From contig JAHBMJ010000363.1 in the NCBI GenBank assembly GCA_018398765.1, positions 1 to 49,431 on the forward strand: a stretch of 49,431 bases of DNA. Direction: 5' to 3'. Every line of letters starts with the position of its first letter. The stretch's first letter is position 1. The notes below the pieces were generated by a model. It made no database searches, was not told where the DNA came from, and worked only from the letters and a program-made list of their open reading frames with translations. Made by a program: the position numbers and the translations under genes. Positions 28,168-39,418 of this stretch are shown piece after piece. The DNA comes from Chromera velia. Taxonomy: Eukaryota.

Positions 28168-30527
28168 TGGGGAATTAGAATCATTCATTATTAGATTAGA
28201 TATCTTCAATTGATGGGAAATCTTAGCAAAATCCTAATGAAATATAAGGGAAATCCTTGGGAAATCCTATAGGGAAATTGAAATCTCAATTGATGGGAAA
28301 TCTCACATGAGAAATCTACCCCAGCTAGATTTCCATTTTTATACGAAATCAACCAGATTTCCCTAGAGATTTCCATATATTTCCCATAATTATAGAAATC
28401 CCAGGGATTGAAATTTATGGAAATCCTTATAATCATTTTCATAAATTTCCCTGGGATAATCAGTGGGATTTCTATGATTTAGGAAATTTATGGAAATTTG
28501 GGTGATTTCCTATACAAAAGTGGAAATCTGAGGCAGATTTCCTACGTAAAATTTCCCTGGGGGGGGATTTTCCCATCCATTTCCTATGAATTTCCCTTGG
28601 ATTAGAACTAAGGTAAAGTGGAGGTGTGTGTCAAGGTGTTATGATAGGTAAGTCTCTGTGGTATGTGCTCAAGTCTGTACAGCTCCTGGAGAAGTCTGTA
28701 AAAGTAATAGTAATACTCTCAATCTGAAAGCAAAGCAATGAATCCAATCTCGCATGCTATCTAAAGCACGATACACACAGAAATAACAAAATAATACGTC
28801 CGCACGATAATCGCTTGACGTGGCGATTATTCGCTGCATGCGCGTAACATGCGTACGTACGTGATGCAAGCCTGGCTAAGCCCACGGCCCAATACGCGGC
28901 ACGGTACTCCGACGGCTACCTGTACTTCAACTCCCCCCCTCAATCGTGTTGCCGAAGCAAAAGCAAAACGTTGCAGAAAAAATACGCAAGTCAACGCGAG
29001 CGATACGACTCAGGACAAATTTCAGTCCAGCAAAGACAACAATAAAAATAAAAACAGCTGCATGCTCTAACAGTGAGCTACAACGAAAAGAACGATTGCA
29101 TGCTCTACCGATTGAGGTAGGAAGTCAAAAAGTTTCATCAAAAGCAAAGACTTCCTGTATGTAACAGTTACGTCATCAATCCAATCTGTTTTGATCTCCC
29201 CCCCGCACTGTCCTCTTTTAGAAAAGAAAACCAGAAGTTTGTACTACAAATCAATTCAGTCCAAAAAGGAAACAGACTCGTGGAATCAATCAAAATATGA
29301 TGAACTCCTGAATCCAGATGAGAAAATCTAGATTGATGAATGAATGAATGAATCAATGATTCTGAATCAGAATAAACGAATAAAAATAACTTACATTGAA
29401 TGAGATGAATCAGTCAGAGTGTGGAAGCGATGACAGATGACTTACGTGTATCATCTACTTTCCTTTTGCAGAATTAAAGCAAACCAAAATTTAAATTGGT
29501 TGACAAAAAAGAAAATTAAATATCATTGAACGTCTTTTCTTCTCAATCTTTAATTGTTATGCTGCGCTTTCTTCTTTTCTTCCTTTGTCTGTCTTTTGCT
29601 ATTGACATGCATATGTGAGAAGAAAACCTTTCATAAAAAGAAAATAAGTGAAACAACCATCAAAAGGTGAAAGGGCACTGTTCAGCTAGAACAAAGAGCA
29701 ATCCAAGAAAAGAAAACGAATCACAAATCGGACAGTCGAGTCAAACACGTCATACAGACTGCACATCTTTGAAAAGAAAATAAGATGCAGTGAATTCTAT
29801 GCAGTGAATCAAGTGCCGAATGAAAGCAAAAACGAATGATGCATTTTCATTTCTATCTTTCCGTTCCGGTTCTTTCTGTATGATGTGTCCTCTCTCTCTT
29901 CCCCATCTCCCCCCCTCTCTCTCTTCAATCCGCCCTATTCCCTTACGTTCCTGTGATTCCTTCTCAATCTACTGCTCAGGTTGACTTATTTGAAAAGAGA
30001 AGAAAAAAGCAAGAACTGCAAAGAGAAGGAGGAGAGAGAGAGAAAGAGAGAGCGATAAACAGTGGAACAAAGAGAAAACGCAATATGAAGTTGAGCAGGC
30101 GTGCATGCGATCGGGAGACGGCGCGCGCCGGGACCGACATGCCCTGGCCGGGCCCGGGACGCACGGCTCACGCGGATCCATGTTGCAGAGTCGAATCAAT
30201 TGCATCCGATTGATTCATTTAAGATTGACTGACCTTTACACAGAAGTCGGAATCAGCCGATCATTCCGACTTCCTTGACTGACAGACTTTCTTATGAAGT
30301 AGATGTCCCTTCCCTGATTGTAGCCTAAGCCTCCTATATTCTACATTTGCTACCCCCAGGCGCGCACGGTCCATCGGATTTCCTTTTCTCTTCCGTCGAT
30401 TCCAGAAATGTCGTCTCCTTCGGCTTCTGCGTTGTCTGGTCTTGGTCGCTTCGACCATACTCCAGAGGAGCCGAAGTATGTCATCCCTAAGGTTAAGTGG
30501 GTGACTGCTATCTAGAACAGGGCTGAA

Positions 30528-31469
30528 ATGAAGATATGGGCCATTGCCTTTGGCCAGAACGCCAAACTCCACCTGTCGGAGAAGGCGATTCCAGATAAGG
30601 AAACGAGGATTGCGGCTTGGTCTGCAGCTCTCCACACAGGAGCCTCGAAGGGAAAGTTCCACAAGATGACCCACGACTTGGACAAGCTGGAACACAAGGG
30701 CTTCGAAGGACCAGAACTCTTTAAAAAAATAAAGAGTGAGTATGGAAAGGAGCAGGCGATAGAGACGCAGGAGGAGAAGGAAAAGTTTCGCGCCCTTGAG
30801 AGATGCGAAGGTGAGGAGCTGATCGATGCTTCTGACCGGATCGATCGGCAAATCCTCTCCTGCGAGAAGGCTGGCTACGTTTCCCCCGAACCCGAGAAGA
30901 AGGAGGTCCTGGAGAACCTCATGACCGACGATGAGTTCGAAGGAGTCGTCACCGCCGCTGCCCTCACCCAGATCGTGATTTCTGCAATTGAGCAGAAGGC
31001 GGCAGAGGCGGAGGGCAAACACATCTCCCCCGAGGATGAAGATTCCAAGTTCGACTACGACAACCTCTCCTATGCCCTTCTGCGAAAGATCGCCCGCAAT
31101 ATTGGGTTAATGCAGAAGCTCCGTGCCATCAGACGGAGGAAGGTGAGAGGCAGGGGGAGAGGGAGACAGCCTCGCGAGGATAGGGAGGTTGCCAACTCTA
31201 CTCAGGACCGCAAGCCCTAGCAGCCCCGCAGCAGAAGCCAGTCCAGACAGCCCGAGTCCCGCAGCGAGTCCAGCAGCGGGAAGGCCCCTAGGTACAAGGA
31301 CTGCGGGTACACTCTCCTGCACAGAGGCGAGGACAACAAGTGCCCCGCTGTCGGCGCCACGTGCAAAGAGTGCGGAGAGAAGGATCACTTCGCTTCCATC
31401 TGCCCTGACAAGAAGAAGGATGGGAAGAAGGGGGGCAAGGAGGGCAAGGGGCAGAAAAAGGGTTTCTGA
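30528..31469 (+). pseudogene. gag: Copia gag with CCHC zinc knuckle; one in-frame TAG at 31218
   Basis: ORF 30528-31220 continues in frame past the TAG into ...CPAVGATCKECGEKDHFASICPDKK...KGF* (C-X2-C-X4-H-X4-C). Confidence 0.85.
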
Positions 31470-34400
31470 CCATGTCGGACCGCTTGGATGGAGACGCCAC
31501 CAGAGCTGGGGGGGCGAGTGTTCCTTCAGTATCGGTGCAGTCCGGAGGGAGTCAGCAGGAGAAAGCAAGAGCGGCAGCCATTCGCAACTGGGACCTTCCG
31601 CGTATCAGCCCTCACGTCGATTCAATGTGCACTTTGTCTCTTTTCTCTTCTGACATGGATGAATATGCAGTGAGGGAATGGAAAGAAAAGAAAGTGTATG
31701 ACATTGCACGGTCAGATACAACACTTGAGACAGAGCTGATGAAAGAGTATCGTCTCCCTGCCTTTGATGTCGAAAGAGGTGAATGGAGGAATGCACGTGA
31801 AGTTGCCGCTTTCTCCCCTGATGTCGTTCACTCTCTTTTGTCTTCCCACATCAAGAAAGTGAGTAACACTGTTTGGAGGAAGGCAGTGGTATTGTGTATC
31901 TGACTGACGAGAACGGAGAAAAGTTTCCTGCGCTTGTTGAATCCTTTGGGGGGTTGCCAGTCCTCGTCATGAAGGAAGGGCAGGAAGAAACGTCTCATGT
32001 CTGGGAGTCTGCTCACCCGGCAAAAACAAAGCGGAAGGCACCCCGCCGAGTCCGTTTTGTAGAGCCACTGGTGACAGAAACTTTCCTCTTTGAAAAGGAG
32101 AATGGAAACAAAAAGACAAAAAAGCCTAAAAGGGTGAAAAAAGAGGAGAGAGGCCAAAGGCTTAGACAGCCCAAGAACGGAAAAGAGAATGAAAACGCAG
32201 ATAGTGATGCAGATAGGAAGGAGAAAGAAGGACAGAAGGTTTCTTTTCCAGAGAAAGCAGAGGAAAGGAAGCGTCTTTTGCGTCTTTTGCATCACCGATA
32301 TTCCCACGTGAGTGGGAAGCGTCTCTTTTCTACCTTGATTGAGAAAGGAATGGATGTCTCTTTGCATGAGTGCAACGATGTGCATGATGAATGTCCTGCA
32401 TGTGTCTTCGTGAATGCTCATACGTGGAAGGTGCCTCGCTCTTCTTCTGATCGTGTCTCTGCCCCTCAGTCTTTCAATGACGTTGTCTTCCATGATTTAT
32501 TCAAATCGAAGTGCAGGGGGGCAGGGGGATTTGTTTGGGTATCTGTTCTTGTTGATGGAGCGACAAGAAAGATCGATTTGCTGCCACTGAAACACAAGTG
32601 GTAGGCGGTTACGCATCTCATTGCGTGGACGCGTAAGTACGAGAAGGTGGGGAAAGGAAAGCCAAAAGTCATGTGCTTTGACAATGGAGGTGAATTTACT
32701 GCCCGCTTGTATGAACGGTTTTGCAGGCAGGAAGGCATCCATCATGAGTTTGGGGCACCTTACACTCCCGAATCCCAAGGTTGAGTGGAGAGGGTGAACG
32801 CTTCAGTGAAGGCCCTCATTCGGAAGTTCTTTCTGTCTCTCCGTCTTCCGTCCTTTCTTTGGCCTTTCTTCCTGCAGAGTGTTGCACAGCAGTTGAACTC
32901 GACTGTGCATTCAGCGACAGGTCTTTCCCTAGATGTTGCTGTGTTTGGAAAGGGCTCTGCAGGGGTGTCTCCGGTGACTGTCGGGGACCAAGTGCGCTTT
33001 GTTGATAGGGCGCCAGGGCATGTGCAGGGATGGGAGCCAAGGGGGGTTAGGTTTTTTGGGGGTGTTCTCTCGACAAAGGTTGTTTCTGTTGTATGTAACC
33101 GCAAGGGTAGATGGGTGGGGGTGCGATTCCATCCGTCTCAGGTCTGTCTCCATCGGTGGGTGGGGAAAGAAGGAGCCGATTGCCTTCCCCATCAGCAGCA
33201 GCAGTCCCACCGTTCAGATGATGAGGAGACGGACGTCCCCAGTTCCGATGACGATGATGATGGGTTCGATTTTGATATGGAGCTCCCTGTCCGACGCACT
33301 GCGGTGCAAAGATGGGGGGTGCCTATGTCTATGGAGTCCTTTAACGAAGATGCAGACATTTCTGGGGGTGGAGCTAAGCCAGCAGCGCCCCTGAATGAAG
33401 GAGACGGTTCGGGCCTGCCAGTGGAGTCGTCAGAACGAAAGAAGGGGGTGATAGCACGAAGAGCAGGGGGTGCCTGGTTTCCCACACAAGTGATAAGGGA
33501 GGGAAAGAGGCGCATTGACGTGGCTGTTCTTCAACAAAGCCCCACGAACAGGACAGTGGAAGCCGTCTTGTTTAGAGGAGATCGATGACCGCAAGGGTGA
33601 TGAAGTGGCTGCCCACTTCCAGTTTGGGGAGGGAATGCAGATCCCTGCTGAGGCGCTCGCACGCGTTCGTGGCGGGGGAGAAGGAGCGAGTGGAGATTTC
33701 CCAGAGGAGGGGGGAAGGGCGTCTGACTCAGCCGCCTGGGACCCTTCCGTAGAAGCAGAAGAAGACGCCATTCAGTATCCCGACATTCTGGACTCTGATT
33801 TTGTGCACAGCGACGATGACGATTCGCTCTTCGGAGTGAATGCCCTTGCTCCAGATGCTTCCACCGGTGGTCAGCTCGGTTCCACCGGTGAGGAGGATGT
33901 GGGAGGAGCAAGTGAGGAAGTCGAGCAGCCAGAGTTTGTTGGGTTTTGTCGTCTAAAACGGAAAGCGTGCAGAGAAAAGATGAGAGCCTTTAGAGTGAAG
34001 AGGCAGCAGGTGGCTGAGCGGGAGGCAGGAGAGCGTTTCGACAAAGCGCTTTCTCTTGTTCTGCGAGTGCAGAAAGCCGCAGCTGCGCGCAAGCTCGTGT
34101 CTCGAGAAGAGAACTCGATGAAAGGGCACGTTGAGGCAACAGCAGAAGAGATTCGTCAGGGACTCTTCAAGGAGAGTGACGAAAAGGAATTCCATAGGTG
34201 GAAGGACTGCTTTGTTTTTGTGCTCGATTCTGCGATGGAGGCAAGTGAGGCAAGAACAAAAGGAAAGAAACCACTGACACTCCGGATTGTGCGCACATGG
34301 AAATTGAAGAATGGAGAGAGAGTAGCCAAGAGTAGACTTATCGTCAGGGAGTTTGAGGATAAAAGGAAGTTTGTGGAAACGTATTCGGGGACTGCCGATT

Positions 34401-35654
34401 CCGGGCTTGTGAGGGCCTTCATTATGTGGGCTCTGACGAGAGGGTTGAAAGCAGCCAAGTCGGATGTCTCCACTGCATTCTTGCAGTGCCCCTATGAGGA
34501 CGAGGATATTTGGTTGTCTCTCCCCTCAGACCTTCCTTTCCATATCATCCCAGAGCTGCGAGCAGGTCTTGTGGTAAAAATCCAAAGGGCTGCCTACGGG
34601 TTGAAGGACGCTCCTAGAAGGTATACGAAGTTCTTCAAAGAAGTCGTGGCAGTGAAGGAGGGATGGGCAGAGATAGTAGAAAGCATTCTTGTTAAGAGAG
34701 ACAGAAAGGGGGATGCGTGTGGTCTTCTGTTAATGCATATCGATGACTTGTTTCTCTTTGCATCAGATGCATGTGGAGAAGTCAGAAAGTTGCAGAAGCA
34801 TATTCAGATGGATGATCCGGAGGTGATGGATGATGGTGAGTTGCATGCGTATACAGGTATGTCTATGCACATAGTTAGTTCCACCATGTTGTGGGATCAG
34901 GGTCAGTATGCTGCGTCTCTTGTTCCGGAAGGGGAGGGAGAGATAAAGAAAGCAGTCAAGCTGACAGACAAAGATCTTCTTGTGTCAGCAGACAAAGAGA
35001 TCGACATGTCGATCTCTTCAAGAGCAGCATCAAAAGAAAGTCGGGAAGCTCGGTTGGTTGGTGAAGAGTCAGCCGCATCTTTCTTTCCTATTTTCTGCTC
35101 TCTCGAAGAACAACTCTCGTCCATCTGCTCGTTCCCTTCGTGCGGTTGACAAGGCACTTGCTTATGCTCAGCAGACGCATCGTGCTCTTGAGTTGAAGGG
35201 ATTGAAGGAAGGAGAGCATCCTGTCTTGGTGGGGTGGGTCGATGCATTCTACAAGTTGTCAGAGAAGACAGGGAGGAAGGGACTTGAATTCCAGATTGTG
35301 AGTCAGTCTGCCTTGAAGGACCTTTGTGCGCTTGGGTATGTGAATACGGTTGCATGGAGGTCGAAAGGAGAAGGCAGGAAGCTTGGCAGTACCACTGCAG
35401 CTGAGCTTCTGGCTCTGAGAGATGGATGCAAGGAAGCATACCCTCACAGGGATTTATTGAAGAAGCTGATCGGGTATAAGATTCCTGTCATAATGGTGAG
35501 TGATTCTCAGCCACTCATGTTTCAACTCGTGAGTGGCCAGTCCATGAGTGAGCCTCAATTTCAGGAGGAGCTTGATTACACTCGTGAAATGATCAAAGAG
35601 TTGAACGCGAATGTGAAGTGGGTGCCTACAGGATCTCAGCATGCCGACAGATAG
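31460..35654 (+). pseudogene. pol: Copia pol (protease, integrase, reverse transcriptase, RNase H) with stops and frameshifts
   Basis: Protease-like VDSMCT...HSLLS. Integrase HHCC (HHRYSH...CPAC) and DDE core (FHDL...CFDNGGEF...TPESQG*VERVN). [33 protein letters not shown]. RNase H WVDA, STTAAELLAL, SDSQ, HAD. Stops at 32602, 32782 and 35652; frameshifts near 31875, 33530 and 35010. Confidence 0.93.
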
Positions 35655-36497
35655 ACTAAATTCCTGCATGTATGACTTGCTTGCTCTGCCTCTTGCATGG
35701 ATTGATTCATGTGTTCGATGTATACCAATCCATGGGGAGTGATTATGAAGTTGAGCAGGCGTGCATGCGATCGGGAGATGGCGCGCACCGGGACCAACAT
35801 GCCCTGGCTGGGCCCGGGACGCACGGCTCACGCGGATCCATGTTGCAGAGTCGAATCAATTGCATCCGATTGATTCGTTTAAGATTGACTGACCTTTACA
35901 CAGAAGTCGGAATCAGCCAATCATTCCGACTTCTTTGACTGACAGACTTTCCTATGAAGTAGATGTCCCTTCCCTGATCGTAGCCTAAGCCTCCTATATT
36001 CTACACACAAAAGAAAGCAATTTTGCTGTATGTAAAAAAAAAACTTTCACCCAGCACGTTCAGGCAACGCAAAAAGAATGAAGAAGAGAAAAGAAAACCT
36101 TTTCAATTGTTAAATCATTTCGTTCTTTTCTTTCCTCCTACTAGCCCTCTTTCTTCAGCACTCCCGCTCCCCCCCCCCATTCTTTTCTCATTTCATTAGT
36201 CAAACGATGATCAAAAAAGAGAAAAGACAAGAAGAAGAGCGTGAGAGAGCAAAGAAAGAAAGAGCGAGAGACGCCAGAAAGAAAAGAAAAAGAGAAAAGA
36301 AATCAAACAAAAAGAAGAGTAAGACTCTGAATGAAAAGTGATGAGAGAACGAAACATTGGCTACTCAAAAACGCAGTCATCTTCCGCTACCGCCACAACA
36401 AGTTACACAAAGACTAGATACTCAGACTCATACAGTACAAAAAGAAAAACAGTTTGAAAAGAGAGGTCTCAAAAATGAATGAAAAGAAATGATTGGA

Positions 36498-37705
36498 CGT
36501 TTACATACATCCATGTTTGTCTTTTTATTCTCTTGCATTGGGAAAGTAGATTCAAGCGGAATTCTTTTCCTTCCTTCTTTTCAAGCAGGGATCTGCTACT
36601 CCATCATCCCAGTCCTTACATGTATTCATCTCCCCCCCGGCCATCCGTTGCTAATAAGGTGAAAAAGGGATATTCACAAATCGACTGATTTGGATCTAGG
36701 GATGGGTACAGAAGCTTAAGGCACTCGAAATCCCCACAAAGCCTATATAAAAGTCATCGAGTCCATCTGTTCACAAAACCTAGAAAACACAGCCAGACGA
36801 AATCGATACAACCAGGTATAGTATGCAGGGCAAGCACACCGCTCTGAAAGGTATGGCTACTGCCTCATGAATCGTCTTTATTCAATAGAATGTGGCCCGG
36901 CGATAGACTCATGAACGTAGGTGGGCAGCCTCCGATACAGTGCACATCTCAATCCAGACATGACCTATTTGTACATTTTATCACATGTAGACACTCGCAA
37001 ATCAAAAACCGTCCCATTCTCACTTAGGACGTCCATCCAGCATAGGCGAAACGGCACACTCCGCACAGCACACAGAACGAAGGTCCACGATCAGAACTCT
37101 TCGTTTACATACATCCATGTTTGTTTTTTTATTCTCCTGCATTGGGAAAATGGATTCAAGCGGAATTCTTTTCCTTCCTTCTTTTCAAGCAGGGATCTGC
37201 TACTCCATCATCCCAGTCCTTACATGTATTCATCTCCCCCCCGGCCATCCGTTGCTAATAAGGTGAAAAAGGGATATTCACAAATCGACTGATTTGGATC
37301 TAGGGATGGGTACAGAAGCTTAAGGCACTTGAAGTCCCCACAAAGCCTATATAAAAGTCATCGAGTCCATCTGTTCACAAAACCTAGAAAACATAGCCAG
37401 ACGAAATCGATACAACCAGGTATAGCATGCAGGACAAGCACACCGCTCTGAAAGGTATGGCTACTGTCTCATGAATCGTCTTTATTCAATGGAATGTGGC
37501 CCGGCGATAGACTCATGAACGTGGGTGGGCAGCCTCCGACACAGTGCACATCTCAATCCAGACATGACCTATTTGTACATTTTATCACATGTAGACACTC
37601 GCAAATCAAAAACCGTCCCATTCTCACTTAGGACGTCCATCCGGCATAGGCGAAACGGCACACTCCGCACAGCACACAGAACGAAGGTCCACGATCAGAA
37701 CTCTT
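36498..37705. repeat. 604-bp tandem duplication inside the outer LTR element
   Basis: 36498-37101 and 37102-37705 are near identical; the matching ORFs at 36921 and 37525 are offset by exactly 604. Confidence 0.93.
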
Positions 37706-39418
37706 TTCTTCTTCCTCTGGAAGACTTCACATAGGGTGAGATGACAAGCAAACAAAATAGTGCAGACCTGTCTCCTGGTTTGTTCAGTCACCACTCATAA
37801 ATAGAGTGGAACGTCGAAGACCAGGAAGAGACAGTACAGGCTGCTCACAGTGTCAACTAGGGTACGCAAAGAACCATGGAGGAGAGAGAAAAAGATAGAT
37901 CAACATACCGCGGGAGGTCGTTTATGAGGTTTTCCTTCACTTGCGAAACAGATTCCAATCCTAACAAGAAACTGCACTTAAAAGATTCACAGAGATACCT
38001 CTGCTAGTCATCTTTGACTGCTCAGAGGCGCTGTTGCAGAAGGTTGTCCAAGCTGTCTCCTTTCCTTCATAACCAAAAGCTGTAATGCTTCATGGACTGT
38101 AGTCCACCCAACTCCTTCTCCTTCTGCAGAGTAAGGGAAGACCCCTTTCAGGACCAGTTCTCTACTCCTACTTGTATCCGACATGCACAAACAGACAGGT
38201 CATTCACTTTGTCCATACAATCAAATAGATTCATAGTAGCTGAGTACACAACTGCCAGGAGGGTTTCTATCATAAAAGCGAGAACATGATTGAAACGATC
38301 AGGCTGCATAAACAGATACGTTGCAAAGAACAGAGGAATGCCCTAAGGCTGCTTGAAAAGAAGAGGAGCGGTCCTCAGTCACAGAGAAAGAAGGTGAGGA
38401 AACATCGTGAGAGAGACAAAACCATCCGAACTGTAACACAGCAACAGCAAGCACTGTAGGCTATTGACCGCAGAACTAAGGTAAGGTGTAGGTGTGTGTT
38501 AAGGTGTCATGACAGGTAAGTCTCTGTGGTCTGTGCTCAAGTCTGTACAGCTCCTGGAGAAGTCTGTAAAAGTAATAGTAATACTCTCAATCCGAAAGCA
38601 AAGTAATAAATCTAATCTCATATGGTATCCAAAGTACAACACGCACAGAAATGACAAAACAATACATCCGCGCGATAATCGCTTGGCACGGCGATTATTC
38701 GCTGCATGTATGCAACACATGTACATAATACAAGCCTGGCCAAGCCCGTAGCCGAATGCGTGGCACGGTACTCCGACGGCTACCTGTACTTCAACTGGAT
38801 TTTACTTGGATTTCCCTAAGATTTCCCATTAATCTCCCACAGATTTCCCAACGATTTCCATAATTTTTTGTAGGGGGGCGGGGGCCACGGCATCTATTTC
38901 TGTTCGCGGTGTCAGTGGCAAAGTATATCTATTTATTCCTTTGTGGCCTCATGAAACGGTTTGTTTCCTCTAGCCTGAACTGACAGTCCATAGACTCGGG
39001 TGCACCTATATATTCTTTGTAGGTCTATAGCAACCGCTTACTAAAAGAGGAAGGAGGCGATTGGGCAGGCTGTCATTCATTGCTTGAGAGGAGGACTGGA
39101 GGATGAATTGAAGAGGGGAAGAAGAACAGAGTTACATCCCTTTCACTTCTTTCTACACTTGAAGAAATGCACACAGACACTATTCATAGAGAGAGGCCTT
39201 CATCCTTTTTTTAAAGAGAAGCTCGCAGGCCAGCCAGGAGAGATAGAGACACACACAGTAAATGAAAGAGTAGATAGGATGGAAAGAATCTGATGGATTG
39301 TAAGCAAGACAGATAAAGAAATAAAAGAGAGGAAGAAAGAAATCTTCAGGTGGAGAATTGAGAGGGAAGTGAGAGAGAGAGATAGAAGAGAGAGAGAGAA
39401 AAAGGAAGAAAAGTCCAT

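Larger units (their letters stand above)
30084..36005 (+). mobile_element. Ty1/Copia LTR retrotransposon, near full length, inactivated
   Basis: 262-bp LTRs at 30084-30345 and 35744-36005 (9 mismatches). Flanks CGCAA/CACAA; PPT-like GGGGAG before the 3' LTR. Domain order gag-PR-IN-RT-RH is diagnostic of Copia. Confidence 0.95.
28604..38796 (-). mobile_element. Old degenerate or non-autonomous LTR retroelement with AG...CT termini
   Basis: Direct repeats at 28604-28932 and 38472-38796 (~42 substitutions plus a 4-bp indel by eye). TSD GGATT at 28599-28603 and 38797-38801. Minus-strand polypurine tract GAGGGGGGG at 28933-28941 abuts the 3' LTR. No intact pol found. Confidence 0.88.
27469..38875. 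mobile_element. TIR DNA transposon (non-autonomous, ~550 bp when emptied) hosting nested insertions
   Basis: Left CCCTACAAAAAATTATGGAAATCGTTGGGAAATCTGTGGG (from 27469) is the exact reverse complement of CCCACAGATTTCCCAACGATTTCCATAATTTTTTGTAGGG (ending 38875). Flanked by GG/GG. Internal GGAAAT/ATTTCC subrepeats at 28176-28603 and 38802-38835. Confidence 0.88.

Noticed and set aside
30261..31022. 253-aa minus-strand ORF (likewise 13051-13686+, 44942-45880- and 39465-40250-)
   Set aside because: Antisense shadows of gag, RPS4, the methyltransferase and the LINE remnant respectively.
31218..31220. In-frame TAG in gag as possible programmed readthrough or alternative genetic code
   Set aside because: The element has several other stops and frameshifts, and host genes use TAG/TAA as normal stops; most likely CAG>TAG decay.
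37900..38300. Residual gag-like coding sequence of the outer LTR element (minus strand)
   Set aside because: Only short broken ORFs with no diagnostic motif; needs a translated profile search.
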